DNA from: Caulobacterales bacterium
GTDB lineage: Bacteria; Pseudomonadota; Alphaproteobacteria; Caulobacterales; Caulobacteraceae
NCBI GenBank assembly: GCA_038231315.1
Contig: JBBRLN010000011.1
Location: 2,035 to 66,034, forward strand
Reading direction: 5' to 3'
Length of the DNA stretch: 64,000 bases
Shown one piece after another: positions 9,618 to 18,680 of this stretch. The first letter of the stretch is position 1, and each line of letters starts with the position of its first letter. Made by a program: the position numbers and the translations under genes. The notes below the pieces were generated by a model. The model saw only the letters and a program-made list of their open reading frames with translations, did no database searches and was not told the origin of the DNA.

Positions 9618-9721
9618 CAGAAACTCCCGGGTTGAACGTCGGCGACGCCCATCATGGTTTCGGGCGCGAGGTAGTCGTGGATCGGTGCGACCACCTTAGC
9701 GCCTTCACCCAACGCGGCCGC
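9617..9721 (-). pseudogene. Extreme C-terminal remnant of a thioredoxin-reductase-like (TrxB) flavoprotein
   Basis: Hand translation gives AAALGEGAKVVAPIHDYLAPETMMGVADVQPGSF*, matching the TrxB terminal helix (AAAVGEGA.VV..IH.YLA). Its TGA overlaps the zf-UBP ATG (TGATG). Too short for the ORF track. Confidence 0.72.
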
Positions 9722-10758
9722 TAGCGCGTCGGATCCTCGGCGATCCGCACGACGGTCTTGCCGAAATTTCGGCCTTCCATCATGTCGATCATGCCCTGTC
9801 CGGCCCGATCGATCCCCTCGACGATGTATTCGTTCAGGCTAAAGCGGCCGTCGCGGATCATCGGGCCGACCTCGGCATGAAACTCGGGATAGAGACTGAA
9901 ATAGTCGGCGACCATCAGCCCCTTGATCACCAGCCGCTTCAAGGCGATCTGGCGAAGCAGCGTCGCGGTCATATCCGGCCCGGCAGGCAGAGTCTCGTTG
10001 TTGTAGTCGCTGATGAGGCCGCACATGATCATGCGGCCGTAGTCCTTCATCGCCCCCACGGCCGCCCAAAAGACGTCTCCGCCGGCGTTTTCGAAATCGA
10101 TGTCGATCTTGTCAGGGCAGGCGGCGGCGACCTGATCGGCGAAATCCCGTGCGGTGCGGTCGAGACAGGCGTCGTAGCCGAGGGTCTCCAACGCATAGGC
10201 GCACTTCTCGGCGGAACTCGTCACCCCGACGACCCGGCAACCTTTGATCCGCGCCAGTTGGCCGACCACGGCGCCGACGCCGCCTAGGGCCGCGGAGACG
10301 AAGACGGTCTGGCCGGGCCGGGCCTCGGCGAGGCGCGTGAAGCCGGCATAGGCCGTCAGTCCCGGCATGCCCAGCGCGCCGAGATGGGCCGGCAGCGGGC
10401 CGAGGCTCGGATCGACGCGCCGCAGCGCCGCGCCCGGTAGAGCGGCATAGTCCCGCCAGCCGCCGAAGCCGGCGACGAAATCGCCCTCCTCTATCCCGGC
10501 GAAACGCGACTGCTCGACCCGCATCACCGCCTCCCCAGGGATGACGCCGCCCAATGGCAGCAGTGGCGCATAGCCTTTCGCGAGCCGTGTATTGAGGTGG
10601 ACGCGGATGTAGGGATCGACGGTGAGATAGATCGCCCGTCCCAGCACCTCGCCCTGGGCGAGGTCGGGCACGACGCCTTCGACGACGCCAAAGTCTTCCG
10701 GCCTCGGCATCCCGTCGGGATAGCGCAGCAGGGTCACTTGGCGGTTGATCGCGTTCAT
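9721..10758 (-). CDS. NADP-dependent oxidoreductase (MDR; CurA/YncB/prostaglandin-reductase-like alkenal reductase)
   Basis: MNAINRQVTL..YPDGMP, YLTVDPYIR, LGALGMPGLTAY, VSAALGGVG.VVGQLA, DFENAGG and GRNFGKTVV motifs. Confidence 0.92.
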   Translation of the reverse strand: MNAINRQVTLLRYPDGMPRPEDFGVVEGVVPDLAQGEVLGRAIYLTVDPYIRVHLNTRLAKGYAPLLPLGGVIPGEAVMRVEQSRFAGIEEGDFVAGFGGWRDYAALPGAALRRVDPSLGPLPAHLGALGMPGLTAYAGFTRLAEARPGQTVFVSAALGGVGAVVGQLARIKGCRVVGVTSSAEKCAYALETLGYDACLDRTARDFADQVAAACPDKIDIDFENAGGDVFWAAVGAMKDYGRMIMCGLISDYNNETLPAGPDMTATLLRQIALKRLVIKGLMVADYFSLYPEFHAEVGPMIRDGRFSLNEYIVEGIDRAGQGMIDMMEGRNFGKTVVRIAEDPTR

Positions 10759-10762
10759 CGTC

Positions 10763-11167
10763 TCAATCCGGCAGTCGTATCGTGGCGCGGCCTTGGAGCG
10801 GGCGGTCCACACCTCGGCTGAGCCACACCTCGCAGTCGGCGAAACGCTCGCCGTCGGCGTCGCGCACGGCGGTCACCTTGCCTTGAGCGGTGATGTGATC
10901 GCCGTCCAGCACCACCATCGGGAAGGTCATGAAGAGGCGGGTGATGCAGCCAGGGCCGGCCCACTCATGCAGCATATTGACCATATAGCTGAGACCGAGC
11001 GGACCCTGATTGATCGTGCGATGACCAAAGCCGATAGCCTTGCAGGCTTCCCGGTCCCAGTGCACGGGATTGGGATCGCGCAGGATCGCGGCCATGGTGC
11101 GCATGCGTTCCGGCCGCACGCTCCCCATCACCCAATCGGGAATGGCCTCGCCGACGCTCACCTCCAT
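10763..11167 (-). CDS. MaoC-like hotdog-fold (R)-hydratase/dehydratase
   Basis: RDPNPVHWD hydratase motif and TINQGPL; GAGGAG RBS upstream of the ATG. Confidence 0.88.
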   Translation of the reverse strand: MEVSVGEAIPDWVMGSVRPERMRTMAAILRDPNPVHWDREACKAIGFGHRTINQGPLGLSYMVNMLHEWAGPGCITRLFMTFPMVVLDGDHITAQGKVTAVRDADGERFADCEVWLSRGVDRPLQGRATIRLPD

Positions 11168-11177
11168 GATGATCTCC

Positions 11178-11642
11178 TCACGCCAGGCCGCTGCGATGAT
11201 AGTGCCAGGTGATCGTGGTGCGCGCTGCCATCCCACCGTCCGTGTCGTCGACCACGAATTCGAATTGGATTCGGTCGTGCGGTCCCCGGGGCCCCTCCAT
11301 CCGGCGCTCCGCCGACACGATCCTTCCGCTCACCCGATACCGCCGTTCCTCGTACAGGGGCCTGAACATTTCCCAATCGTAGCTCTCGATGCCGATCGAG
11401 AAATCCGACTCGGCGAGGCCGAGGGCGAACATCTCGCCGATCGTCGTGCCGCTACCGAGGATCGGCATGTGGAACAGCACCACCGGGTGGACCATGCCGC
11501 CCGGCAGAAGTTCCGCTCCGGTGCATTCGGTCAGCAGGAAATTTTCCCAATGCTGGACGGTGTAGACGCCCCCTGGAAAACGATGGCCGACGGCCGCGCG
11601 AACCTCGTCCTCGGACGGGACCGGCTTGACTCCCGCGGCCAT
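11178..11642 (-). CDS. Hotdog-fold protein, probable non-catalytic partner of the adjacent MaoC protein
   Basis: VGHRFPGG.Y.V..WEN N-terminus and C-terminal beta-strands typical of FAS1_DH/MaoC-N-type subunits; lacks the D.NP.H motif. Confidence 0.65.
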   Translation of the reverse strand: MAAGVKPVPSEDEVRAAVGHRFPGGVYTVQHWENFLLTECTGAELLPGGMVHPVVLFHMPILGSGTTIGEMFALGLAESDFSIGIESYDWEMFRPLYEERRYRVSGRIVSAERRMEGPRGPHDRIQFEFVVDDTDGGMAARTTITWHYHRSGLA

Positions 11643-11659
11643 GCGCGGCGCCCGAATCC

Positions 11660-14245
11660 CTAGAACTCCGCCTGAAGCTCGAGGCCCCAGCTCGCCCCCG
11701 GATTAAGGGTGCCCGAGCCGAACAGCGGCGCGACGAACGTCGGCTGGTCGTGCCGATAGTTGGTCAGGTTCCTGCCGAAGCCGGTGATTTTATACTTGCC
11801 GACCGCGTAGCTCGCGGACAGGGCCAGATTCGTGTGAGCGGGGATAATGAACTGCGAGGCGTTGTAGAGATCGCCCTGCTCTGTATCGACCCAATCGATC
11901 CGGCCGTTGAGCGAAAGATTGCCCGGTCCAATATCCCGAACCACGTAGGTCGCCGATCCCCCCAAGGTGAGCTTCGGCGCATTGCGCGGGGTCAGGAAGG
12001 TGGCGTTGACGATGGGCACGGTGCCGGTCTGGTTGCCCGGATAGCCAATCAGCAAGGTCGTGTATTTGGAATGCAGATAGCCGAATGAGCCGGCGAAACT
12101 CAGATCTCGCGTCGCGATCCATTGAAGTTCACCTTCGATGCCTTCGTACCGCAATCCGCCGACGTTGGTGAACAACGTGACGACGGTGTTGGTGGTTTTG
12201 TCAAAGGCGATGGCGGATTCCTGTTTATTGTGGAAGTTGTTCAGGAATGCCGCCAGGTTGAACTGGACGCGATGGTTAAAAAACTGACCCTTCATGCCGG
12301 CTTCATAGGATTGGGTGGTTTCGGGCTCGTATTGATTGGACGCGAAATCGGCGGCGTTCTGGTTCACGCCGAAAAAACCGCCCGAGTGCCAGCCTTCCGA
12401 GAATGACCCGTAGAAGAGCACGTCGTCGGTCGCCTGGAAGGCCAGGGCGGCGGTGGGCGTGACCTGGCTCCAGCTTCGCGACAGATCGGCGCTGGACGGA
12501 AAGGCGTTCACGTTCTCGCGCGCTATCGTGGTGAGATAGGACTGGTAGCCGATGAAATGCTTCTTCTCATAGGTGTAGCGGACGCCGGCGGTGAGGGTCA
12601 GCCTGGGATAGAACTCCCAATCGCCATGCGCGAAGCCGGCATAGGAGTCGGTGCTCTGGGATTCGTAGAGAATATTCGGCAGACCCCGCCCATAGCCTCC
12701 GACCCCAGGCGTCCCGCCCTGGGGGCCGCCGGGATCGCATTGCACTCGACCGAAGGCGCCTTGAAGGGCGGCGGTCGTCCGTGGCGCGAGGCAGGCCGAG
12801 ATCGGATCGGCAAAGCCCGTGGCCGCCGCCGTGGCGAAGGGATTTTGTCCCGGGCCATTGCCGCCGGTCCAGACGTTGTCAGCCAGATCGTAGCCGCTGA
12901 TGTCGCTGACGAAGGTCCAGAAATCGCCGCTCGTCACCCATCGGCGGTTGAAATAGCTGTTGAAGTAATAGCCGCCCAGAACCAGATCGATCTTACCGGC
13001 CTTGGTGTCCCAATTCCCCTCCAGCCTCACTTCCTGGCTGAACTGATGATAGCGCGCGTCGGTGGCGATATTGATGAAATCGGTGCTTGTGCCGTCGAAG
13101 TCCTCCGACGCCTTTTCGTGCTGCCGTCGATAGCCGGTCACGGAAACCAGGCTGAGGTCGTCGTTCACCTTGTATTTCGCGCTGAGGGTATAGGCCGAGG
13201 TCTGCACATTCCCCGGTGCGGGATTGTTGTCGTTGATCGTGTTGGGGATCGCCAGGCTGGTGCGCGCCGGTACATTGGTCAGACCCAGAAGGCCGGGCAG
13301 GAAGGTGTCTATCGCCGTCCCCCCAGTTCCAGCCAGGGCGGTTCCAGGCGCGTTTATGTCGCTTGGCGTCAGCGGCGGGCCGAGCGCGCCGGCGGCGGTG
13401 TTGTAGTTCGTCAGAAAGGCTCCGCCCTGGCTGCGGTCGTCGAATTTCTCGACGGTGAGGATCGCCTTGAAGCGGTCGTTGGGGGTGAATTTGAGCGCGG
13501 CGCCGTAATTCTTGTAGTCGCGTTGGGGCTGATTGATGTTGAGAAAGGTGTTGTGCAGATAGCCGTCGCGGTTGACCGAGATCAGATAGCCTTTCAGCGC
13601 CAGAACGTCCTTGACGACAGGGACGTTGACCACGACGCGGAATTCCTGGTCGTTGAAACTGCCGGTTGTGTACTGCAACTTCGCGCCCAACTCTCCCGTC
13701 GGCTCGGTGCGGATGACGTTCAGCGCGCCGCCGATGGTGTTGCGGCCGAAGAGGGTGCCCTGCGGACCGCGCAGGATCTCGATCCGTTGCAAATCGAAGT
13801 TGTCGATAAGCTGGCCGCTCAGCGTTCCAAGATAGATGCCGTCGATCAGCACCCCGATCGGTGAATCGATCGAGTTGTCGTCCAGCCGCGAGGGGCTGAT
13901 GCCGCGAATCGTGATCGACGCCGCGCTGGCGCGCTGAGAGTATTGATCGATGCGGACGTTGGGCGTGAAGGCCACAAGGTCCGACACATTGCGGATGTCG
14001 GCGCTCTTGAGTTGCGTGGTGATGGCGGTGATGGCGATCGGCACTTTCTGTACTGACTCTTCCCGCTTACGCGCGGTGACGATCACCTCCGCGACCCGCA
14101 GGTCCGACTGACCGGCCGCCGCGACCGGTCCGCCCGCCTCGGCCGCCAGCGCCAGGCTGGACGTCATCATCAGGGCCGGCAGAGCCAGCGCGATCCCAAC
14201 GCCGAGGCGCGCCGCGCCACTTCCGCCCAAAGAATTCCTGGTCAT
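11660..14245 (-). CDS. TonB-dependent outer-membrane receptor
   Basis: Signal peptide, EVIVTARKREES.Q.VPIAITA, plug motif RIEILRGPQGTLFGRNTIGGALNV, terminal LQAEF; strong RBS GGGGAGGAG. Confidence 0.96.
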   Translation of the reverse strand: MTRNSLGGSGAARLGVGIALALPALMMTSSLALAAEAGGPVAAAGQSDLRVAEVIVTARKREESVQKVPIAITAITTQLKSADIRNVSDLVAFTPNVRIDQYSQRASAASITIRGISPSRLDDNSIDSPIGVLIDGIYLGTLSGQLIDNFDLQRIEILRGPQGTLFGRNTIGGALNVIRTEPTGELGAKLQYTTGSFNDQEFRVVVNVPVVKDVLALKGYLISVNRDGYLHNTFLNINQPQRDYKNYGAALKFTPNDRFKAILTVEKFDDRSQGGAFLTNYNTAAGALGPPLTPSDINAPGTALAGTGGTAIDTFLPGLLGLTNVPARTSLAIPNTINDNNPAPGNVQTSAYTLSAKYKVNDDLSLVSVTGYRRQHEKASEDFDGTSTDFINIATDARYHQFSQEVRLEGNWDTKAGKIDLVLGGYYFNSYFNRRWVTSGDFWTFVSDISGYDLADNVWTGGNGPGQNPFATAAATGFADPISACLAPRTTAALQGAFGRVQCDPGGPQGGTPGVGGYGRGLPNILYESQSTDSYAGFAHGDWEFYPRLTLTAGVRYTYEKKHFIGYQSYLTTIARENVNAFPSSADLSRSWSQVTPTAALAFQATDDVLFYGSFSEGWHSGGFFGVNQNAADFASNQYEPETTQSYEAGMKGQFFNHRVQFNLAAFLNNFHNKQESAIAFDKTTNTVVTLFTNVGGLRYEGIEGELQWIATRDLSFAGSFGYLHSKYTTLLIGYPGNQTGTVPIVNATFLTPRNAPKLTLGGSATYVVRDIGPGNLSLNGRIDWVDTEQGDLYNASQFIIPAHTNLALSASYAVGKYKITGFGRNLTNYRHDQPTFVAPLFGSGTLNPGASWGLELQAEF

Positions 14246-14265
14246 GTCTTCTCCTCCCCTTGTTG

Positions 14266-15027
14266 TCACGGTCCGCCCGCGACCGTGATGCATTGCCCAG
14301 TGGTCCACTCAGCCGCTGGCGACGCGAAAAAAACGGCCGCGGCCGCGGTGTCGTCTGGCGTCCCGAGGCGCCCCAGGGGGATGGAGGCGGTGAAGGCCTC
14401 GGCCGCCGCCGCCTCGTCCATCCGCATCGATTCGGAGAGCATTTCCGTGAAGATCACGCCCGGCGCGATGGCGTTCACGGTTATGCGCCTGGGTCCCAGT
14501 TCGACCGCCAGGGTGCGGGTCATGGCGATGACGCCGTTGTTGGCGGTGGAATAGGCGCCATAGCCCGGCGAGGCGCGGAGGGCGGCGATCGAGACGATAT
14601 TGATGATGCGGCCGCCATCCTTCATGCGTTTCGCGGCCTGCTGCGCGCCGAAAAACTTGTGCCGCAGATTGAGGGAAATCTGCTCATCCCACTTGGCCAG
14701 GGTTATTTCGAGCAGCGGGTGTTGTTTGCGGTCGAGATTGCCGCCGGCGTTGTTGACCATGATGTCGATGGCGCCTAGTTCCGCGACCACCCGGTCGAGC
14801 GCCGCGGGAATCACCGCGTCGTCCATGACGTCGCCGCTGATCGCCAGGGCCTGGCGGCCGCGCGCGCGGATTTCGTCGGCCACCGCGTCGATGTCGCCCT
14901 GCCTGCGCGCCAGGACGGCGACATCGGCGCCGTACTCGGCGAAGGCCAGCGCGATGCCGCGCCCGATGCCCTTGCCGCCACCCGTGATCAGGGCGACTTT
15001 CGAGTCCAGGCGAAAGCGGTCGAGCAT
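14266..15027 (-). CDS. Short-chain dehydrogenase/reductase (SDR)
   Basis: TGGGKGIG, NNAG, YSTANNG in place of YxxxK, and VNAIAPG. Confidence 0.9.
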   Translation of the reverse strand: MLDRFRLDSKVALITGGGKGIGRGIALAFAEYGADVAVLARRQGDIDAVADEIRARGRQALAISGDVMDDAVIPAALDRVVAELGAIDIMVNNAGGNLDRKQHPLLEITLAKWDEQISLNLRHKFFGAQQAAKRMKDGGRIINIVSIAALRASPGYGAYSTANNGVIAMTRTLAVELGPRRITVNAIAPGVIFTEMLSESMRMDEAAAAEAFTASIPLGRLGTPDDTAAAAVFFASPAAEWTTGQCITVAGGP

Positions 15028-15121
15028 CGTCGCGACGTTCCTCCCACGCCGCGTGCCTGTCGATTTTCCGAGGCCTGAAAGTCCTCGAATCGCGAGCATT
15101 CTCCAGCGCGTTGCGGGAAAA

Positions 15122-15154
15122 TTGGACCGCGGAAACGCGATGTCCAACTGTCAA
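15122..15154 (-). promoter_or_regulatory. Candidate promoter/operator of the SDR-TBDR operon
   Basis: Perfect TTGACA on the minus strand (15154-15149) abutting the inverted repeat TTGGAC-N14-GTCCAA (15122-15147), ~100 nt upstream of the SDR start. No clear -10. Confidence 0.4.
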
Positions 15155-15273
15155 AGTCGGGAGTTTGTCTGGGTGCGCGCAAGACGCTCGAAGGGGGCGG
15201 TCTCTGTCGTCTGCATCGGAAGCGCCGCGGTCTTGACGGCTTCAAGCCTCTGGCGCCTAGCCAGACCGAGGCT

Positions 15274-15990
15274 CTACCCGAGCGCCTTGAACCAGCGCTC
15301 CAGCATCGCGGCGTCGGCCTCGAGGGCTCGGGTCCGGCCGACGGTCTCCACGTCCACGCCCCAGCGCTCTTCCTGGAAAATGTCATCGAGGCGGGCGGCG
15401 GCGATGGCCTCGGCGGCGTTGATCCGGCCCGCGGGGAGAGCCAGGACAAGGATCGCCGAGCCGAACAGCGAAGCGCCGAAGGCGAGGCCGGCGAGAGCAA
15501 AGTCGTCCGTCTCGGCGACGAGGGCGCTGACCTTCTCCAAGGTCTCGGGACGTTGCTGGCGATGAACGATGCCGGAGGTGGAGGTGAAGTCCAGCCCCAG
15601 CGCCTCCCGCGCCCAGGCGATCAGCGGCGACCACGCCGCCCTCTGCCGCTCCACCAGGCTCGCGGGATCGTCGGCGAAATAACAGAGCAGGTCCGAAGCG
15701 GCGAAGCGGGTCACGGTGTCGATGGTCGCCTGGCGCGTCGCGCTGACTCCGTCGATCGCGGTGTGGGCGAGGCGCGTGGCCGGCATGGTCGAATAGTCGA
15801 TCGTGTCGCCCTGAGCGCGCCACTCTGCAGCGATCAGTTCGACCAAGGCCGCCGTGGGAGCCACCAGAGGCGCGCCCTTCGGCGTATGCGGTTGCCGATC
15901 GTCGAGGCGCAGCGCGTAACGCCCGTTCAGCAAAGCGACAGCTACGCGGGCGTAGAATCTGCGGGTCGCGGCTGTTCCCGGCACTGTCAT
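15274..15990 (-). CDS. ATP12-family chaperone
   Basis: RRFY..V, LDDRQPHTPKG, IAAEWRAQG...MPATRLA, DLLCYFA and ARLDDIFQEERWG motifs. Confidence 0.92.
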   Translation of the reverse strand: MTVPGTAATRRFYARVAVALLNGRYALRLDDRQPHTPKGAPLVAPTAALVELIAAEWRAQGDTIDYSTMPATRLAHTAIDGVSATRQATIDTVTRFAASDLLCYFADDPASLVERQRAAWSPLIAWAREALGLDFTSTSGIVHRQQRPETLEKVSALVAETDDFALAGLAFGASLFGSAILVLALPAGRINAAEAIAAARLDDIFQEERWGVDVETVGRTRALEADAAMLERWFKALG

Positions 15991-16020
15991 CGCGGCGCTC
16001 GATCGTAAACGGAGGCTGTC

Positions 16021-17400
16021 ATGTCACGTGAGCTCGAAGGCGCCATCGCCGTTACCAGGTTCGGCATGGGCGCCAAGGCGGGAGAGATCGCCAGGGCGAG
16101 CGGCGATCCCAGAGCCTATCTCATCGCCCAGATCGATCCCAGGGGGGCCGAACAACCTCAGGCCGATCCCGAGACCTCCGCCCAACGCTTCGTCGAATAC
16201 CGCGATTATCAATTGCAGAAACGCGACGCCAAACTAGCCGGTGACGCGAAAACACCGGCGGTGGTGGATGCGCGGCTGAAACTGCGCGATTACGCCGCCG
16301 AAGATTTTCTGGCTCGCGCCCGCCTGGCCGCAACCACTGACGCCGGTTTCAAAGAGCGCTGGGCGTTGTTCTGGGCCAATCATTTCACGGTTTCGGCGGT
16401 GAAAGGTTCGACCGTCGCCCTGGTCGGACCCTTCGAGCAGGAAGCCATCCGGCCGCACGTCTTCGGGCGGTTCGAGGACATGCTGGTGGCCTCCGCCAGC
16501 CATCCGGCGATGCTGCTCTATCTGGACCAGGCCCAATCGATCGGTCCCGACAGCGTCGTTGGTCAACGGGCGGCGATGATCGGCCGCAAGGCCGGCCTCA
16601 ACGAGAATCTCGCGCGTGAGATCATGGAGTTGCACACCGTCGGGGTGGAGGCCGGCTACAGCCAGGCCGACGTCACCGAATTCGCGCGGGCGATGACCGG
16701 CTGGAGCATCGCCGGCCAGCGCAACGATCCTGGCGATCAGGGCCGTTTCCTTTTTCGTGAGCAGGCGCATCAACCGGGCGCGCGGACCGTAATGGGGCGG
16801 CGCTATGCCGAGGGCGGCGTCGAACAGGCGCGGGCGGTGATGAGTGATCTCGCCGCAAATCCACATACGGCCCATCATGTCGCCCTGAAGCTTGCCCGGC
16901 ACTTCGTGGCCGACCAGCCGCTGCCCGCCCTCGTCGGACGTCTGCAGGCCTCGTTCCAGAACAGCGGCGGCGATCTGGATCGCGTCGCGCGGACGCTGAT
17001 CACCTCGCCCGAGGCCTGGTCGCCGACGCCGGCGAAATTCAAGACGCCCTACGAGTTCATGGTATCCAGCTGGCGCGCCGCGGGGATCACGCCTGCCGAT
17101 CTCGCGACCGTCGCTCCCGCCCTCAACGCCATGGGTCAGAAGGTTTTCAGCCCGCCCTCCCCCAAAGGCTGGCCGGAAGAGGCGCAGATCTGGTGCGCCC
17201 CCGACGCCGTGGTCAAACGCATGGGCTGGAGCGAGGCGTTTGCGCAGAAGGTCTCCAACGACCGCGACCCGATCGTGCTGGCCCAGAACGCCCTGGGCGA
17301 CCGCCTCACACCCCTGTCCGCCAAGGCCATCGCTCGCGCCGAAACCCGGCCGGAAGGCCTCTCCATATTGTTGATGAGCCCGGAGTTTCAACGCCGATGA
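16021..17400 (+). CDS. DUF1800-family protein
   Basis: ERWALFWANHFTVS, HPAMLLYLDQAQS, NENLAREIMELHT.G and ILLMSPEFQRR terminus. Confidence 0.93.
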   Translation: MSRELEGAIAVTRFGMGAKAGEIARASGDPRAYLIAQIDPRGAEQPQADPETSAQRFVEYRDYQLQKRDAKLAGDAKTPAVVDARLKLRDYAAEDFLARARLAATTDAGFKERWALFWANHFTVSAVKGSTVALVGPFEQEAIRPHVFGRFEDMLVASASHPAMLLYLDQAQSIGPDSVVGQRAAMIGRKAGLNENLAREIMELHTVGVEAGYSQADVTEFARAMTGWSIAGQRNDPGDQGRFLFREQAHQPGARTVMGRRYAEGGVEQARAVMSDLAANPHTAHHVALKLARHFVADQPLPALVGRLQASFQNSGGDLDRVARTLITSPEAWSPTPAKFKTPYEFMVSSWRAAGITPADLATVAPALNAMGQKVFSPPSPKGWPEEAQIWCAPDAVVKRMGWSEAFAQKVSNDRDPIVLAQNALGDRLTPLSAKAIARAETRPEGLSILLMSPEFQRR

Positions 17401-18650
17401 CCTCGCTTTCCAATCTCTCCCGCCGTCAGGGTCTGGCGACGGCGCTCGGCCTCGGCGTCACCATCGAGTTCGTCGGCAGTCGCGCCTTCGCCGCCTCGCA
17501 AGGCGCCGAGGCGCGCAAGAAACTGGTGGTCATCATCTGCCGCGGCGGGCTCGACGGCCTTTCGCTGACGCCACCGGTGGGAGACCCGAGCTACGCCGCC
17601 CTGCGCGGCAGTATCGCCGTGGCGCCATTCGGCCAGCCGAATGGCGCGCTTAAACTCGACGACACGTTCGGCCTGCATCCCTCCATGAGCGCCACCCACG
17701 CCCTTGCCGTAAAGGGTCAGGCGCGCATCGTCCCCGCCGTGGCCACGCCCGACCGTGAACGCTCGCATTTCGAGGCGCAGGACGTACTCGAAAGCGGAAT
17801 GCCGGTCGTCTACGGCGCATCGTCCGGCTGGCTGAACCGCGCCCTGCTCGCCATGGGGCCGAACGGCTCGGTGCGGGCGATCTCGGTCGGGCCGACCGCG
17901 CCCCTCATCCTGCGCGGGCCGGTCGAGGCGGCGTCCTGGTCGCCTGGCGGTGCGGCGGAGACCGACCATCGCCTGCCGGGGATCCTGCAAGATCTCTATA
18001 AGGACGATCCCCTCCTCGGCCCGGCCCTCGCCAGCGGGATCACCACCGAGGCGATGGCCAAGTCCGCCACCGCCAGCGCCGCGCAGGAGGCGGCGATGGA
18101 TCCCGCGATGGCCGCCACGGTTCCCGCCTTCGCCAAACAGGGCCTGCCCCAAGCCCGCAAGCTAGGGGCGACCCTTGCCGCGTTCATGACTCAACCGGAC
18201 GGCAAGCAGGTCGCCGCCGTCTCCATGGACGGCTTCGACAGTCACGCCAATCAGGCGCCCCTGCTGAACACGCGATTGGCCTATGTCGACGCCTTCATCG
18301 ACGGCCTGGCCACGGGGATGGGGCCCGCCTGGAAGGACACGGTGGTGGTCTTGGCGACGGAGTTCGGCCGCACCGCGCGGGTCAACGGCACCGCCGGCAC
18401 CGACCACGGCACCGCGTCGACCGCTCTTCTCCTCGGCGGCGGACTCAAGGGCGGCGGCATCGTGGGAGACTGGCCGACCCTGGCTTCGAACCGCCTGTTC
18501 GAGAACCGGGACACCGCGCCGACCGTCGACATGCGCGGGGTCTTCAAGGGCGTGCTGCGCGACCATCTGGGCGTCGATAGCGCCAAGCTCGACAACGCCG
18601 TATTCCCAAGCAGCGGCGCCGTGCGCCCGGTTGACGGAATCAGCGCCTAG
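17397..18650 (+). CDS. DUF1501-family protein with twin-arginine-like N-terminus
   Basis: ATGA-coupled to DUF1800. SRRQGL, RGGLDGL, LHP, RSHFEAQD, TEFGRT..VNG..GTDHG motifs. Confidence 0.93.
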   Translation: MTSLSNLSRRQGLATALGLGVTIEFVGSRAFAASQGAEARKKLVVIICRGGLDGLSLTPPVGDPSYAALRGSIAVAPFGQPNGALKLDDTFGLHPSMSATHALAVKGQARIVPAVATPDRERSHFEAQDVLESGMPVVYGASSGWLNRALLAMGPNGSVRAISVGPTAPLILRGPVEAASWSPGGAAETDHRLPGILQDLYKDDPLLGPALASGITTEAMAKSATASAAQEAAMDPAMAATVPAFAKQGLPQARKLGATLAAFMTQPDGKQVAAVSMDGFDSHANQAPLLNTRLAYVDAFIDGLATGMGPAWKDTVVVLATEFGRTARVNGTAGTDHGTASTALLLGGGLKGGGIVGDWPTLASNRLFENRDTAPTVDMRGVFKGVLRDHLGVDSAKLDNAVFPSSGAVRPVDGISA

Positions 18651-18680
18651 GATTCCGGCCCGCTTTAGCAGAATCGGTGA

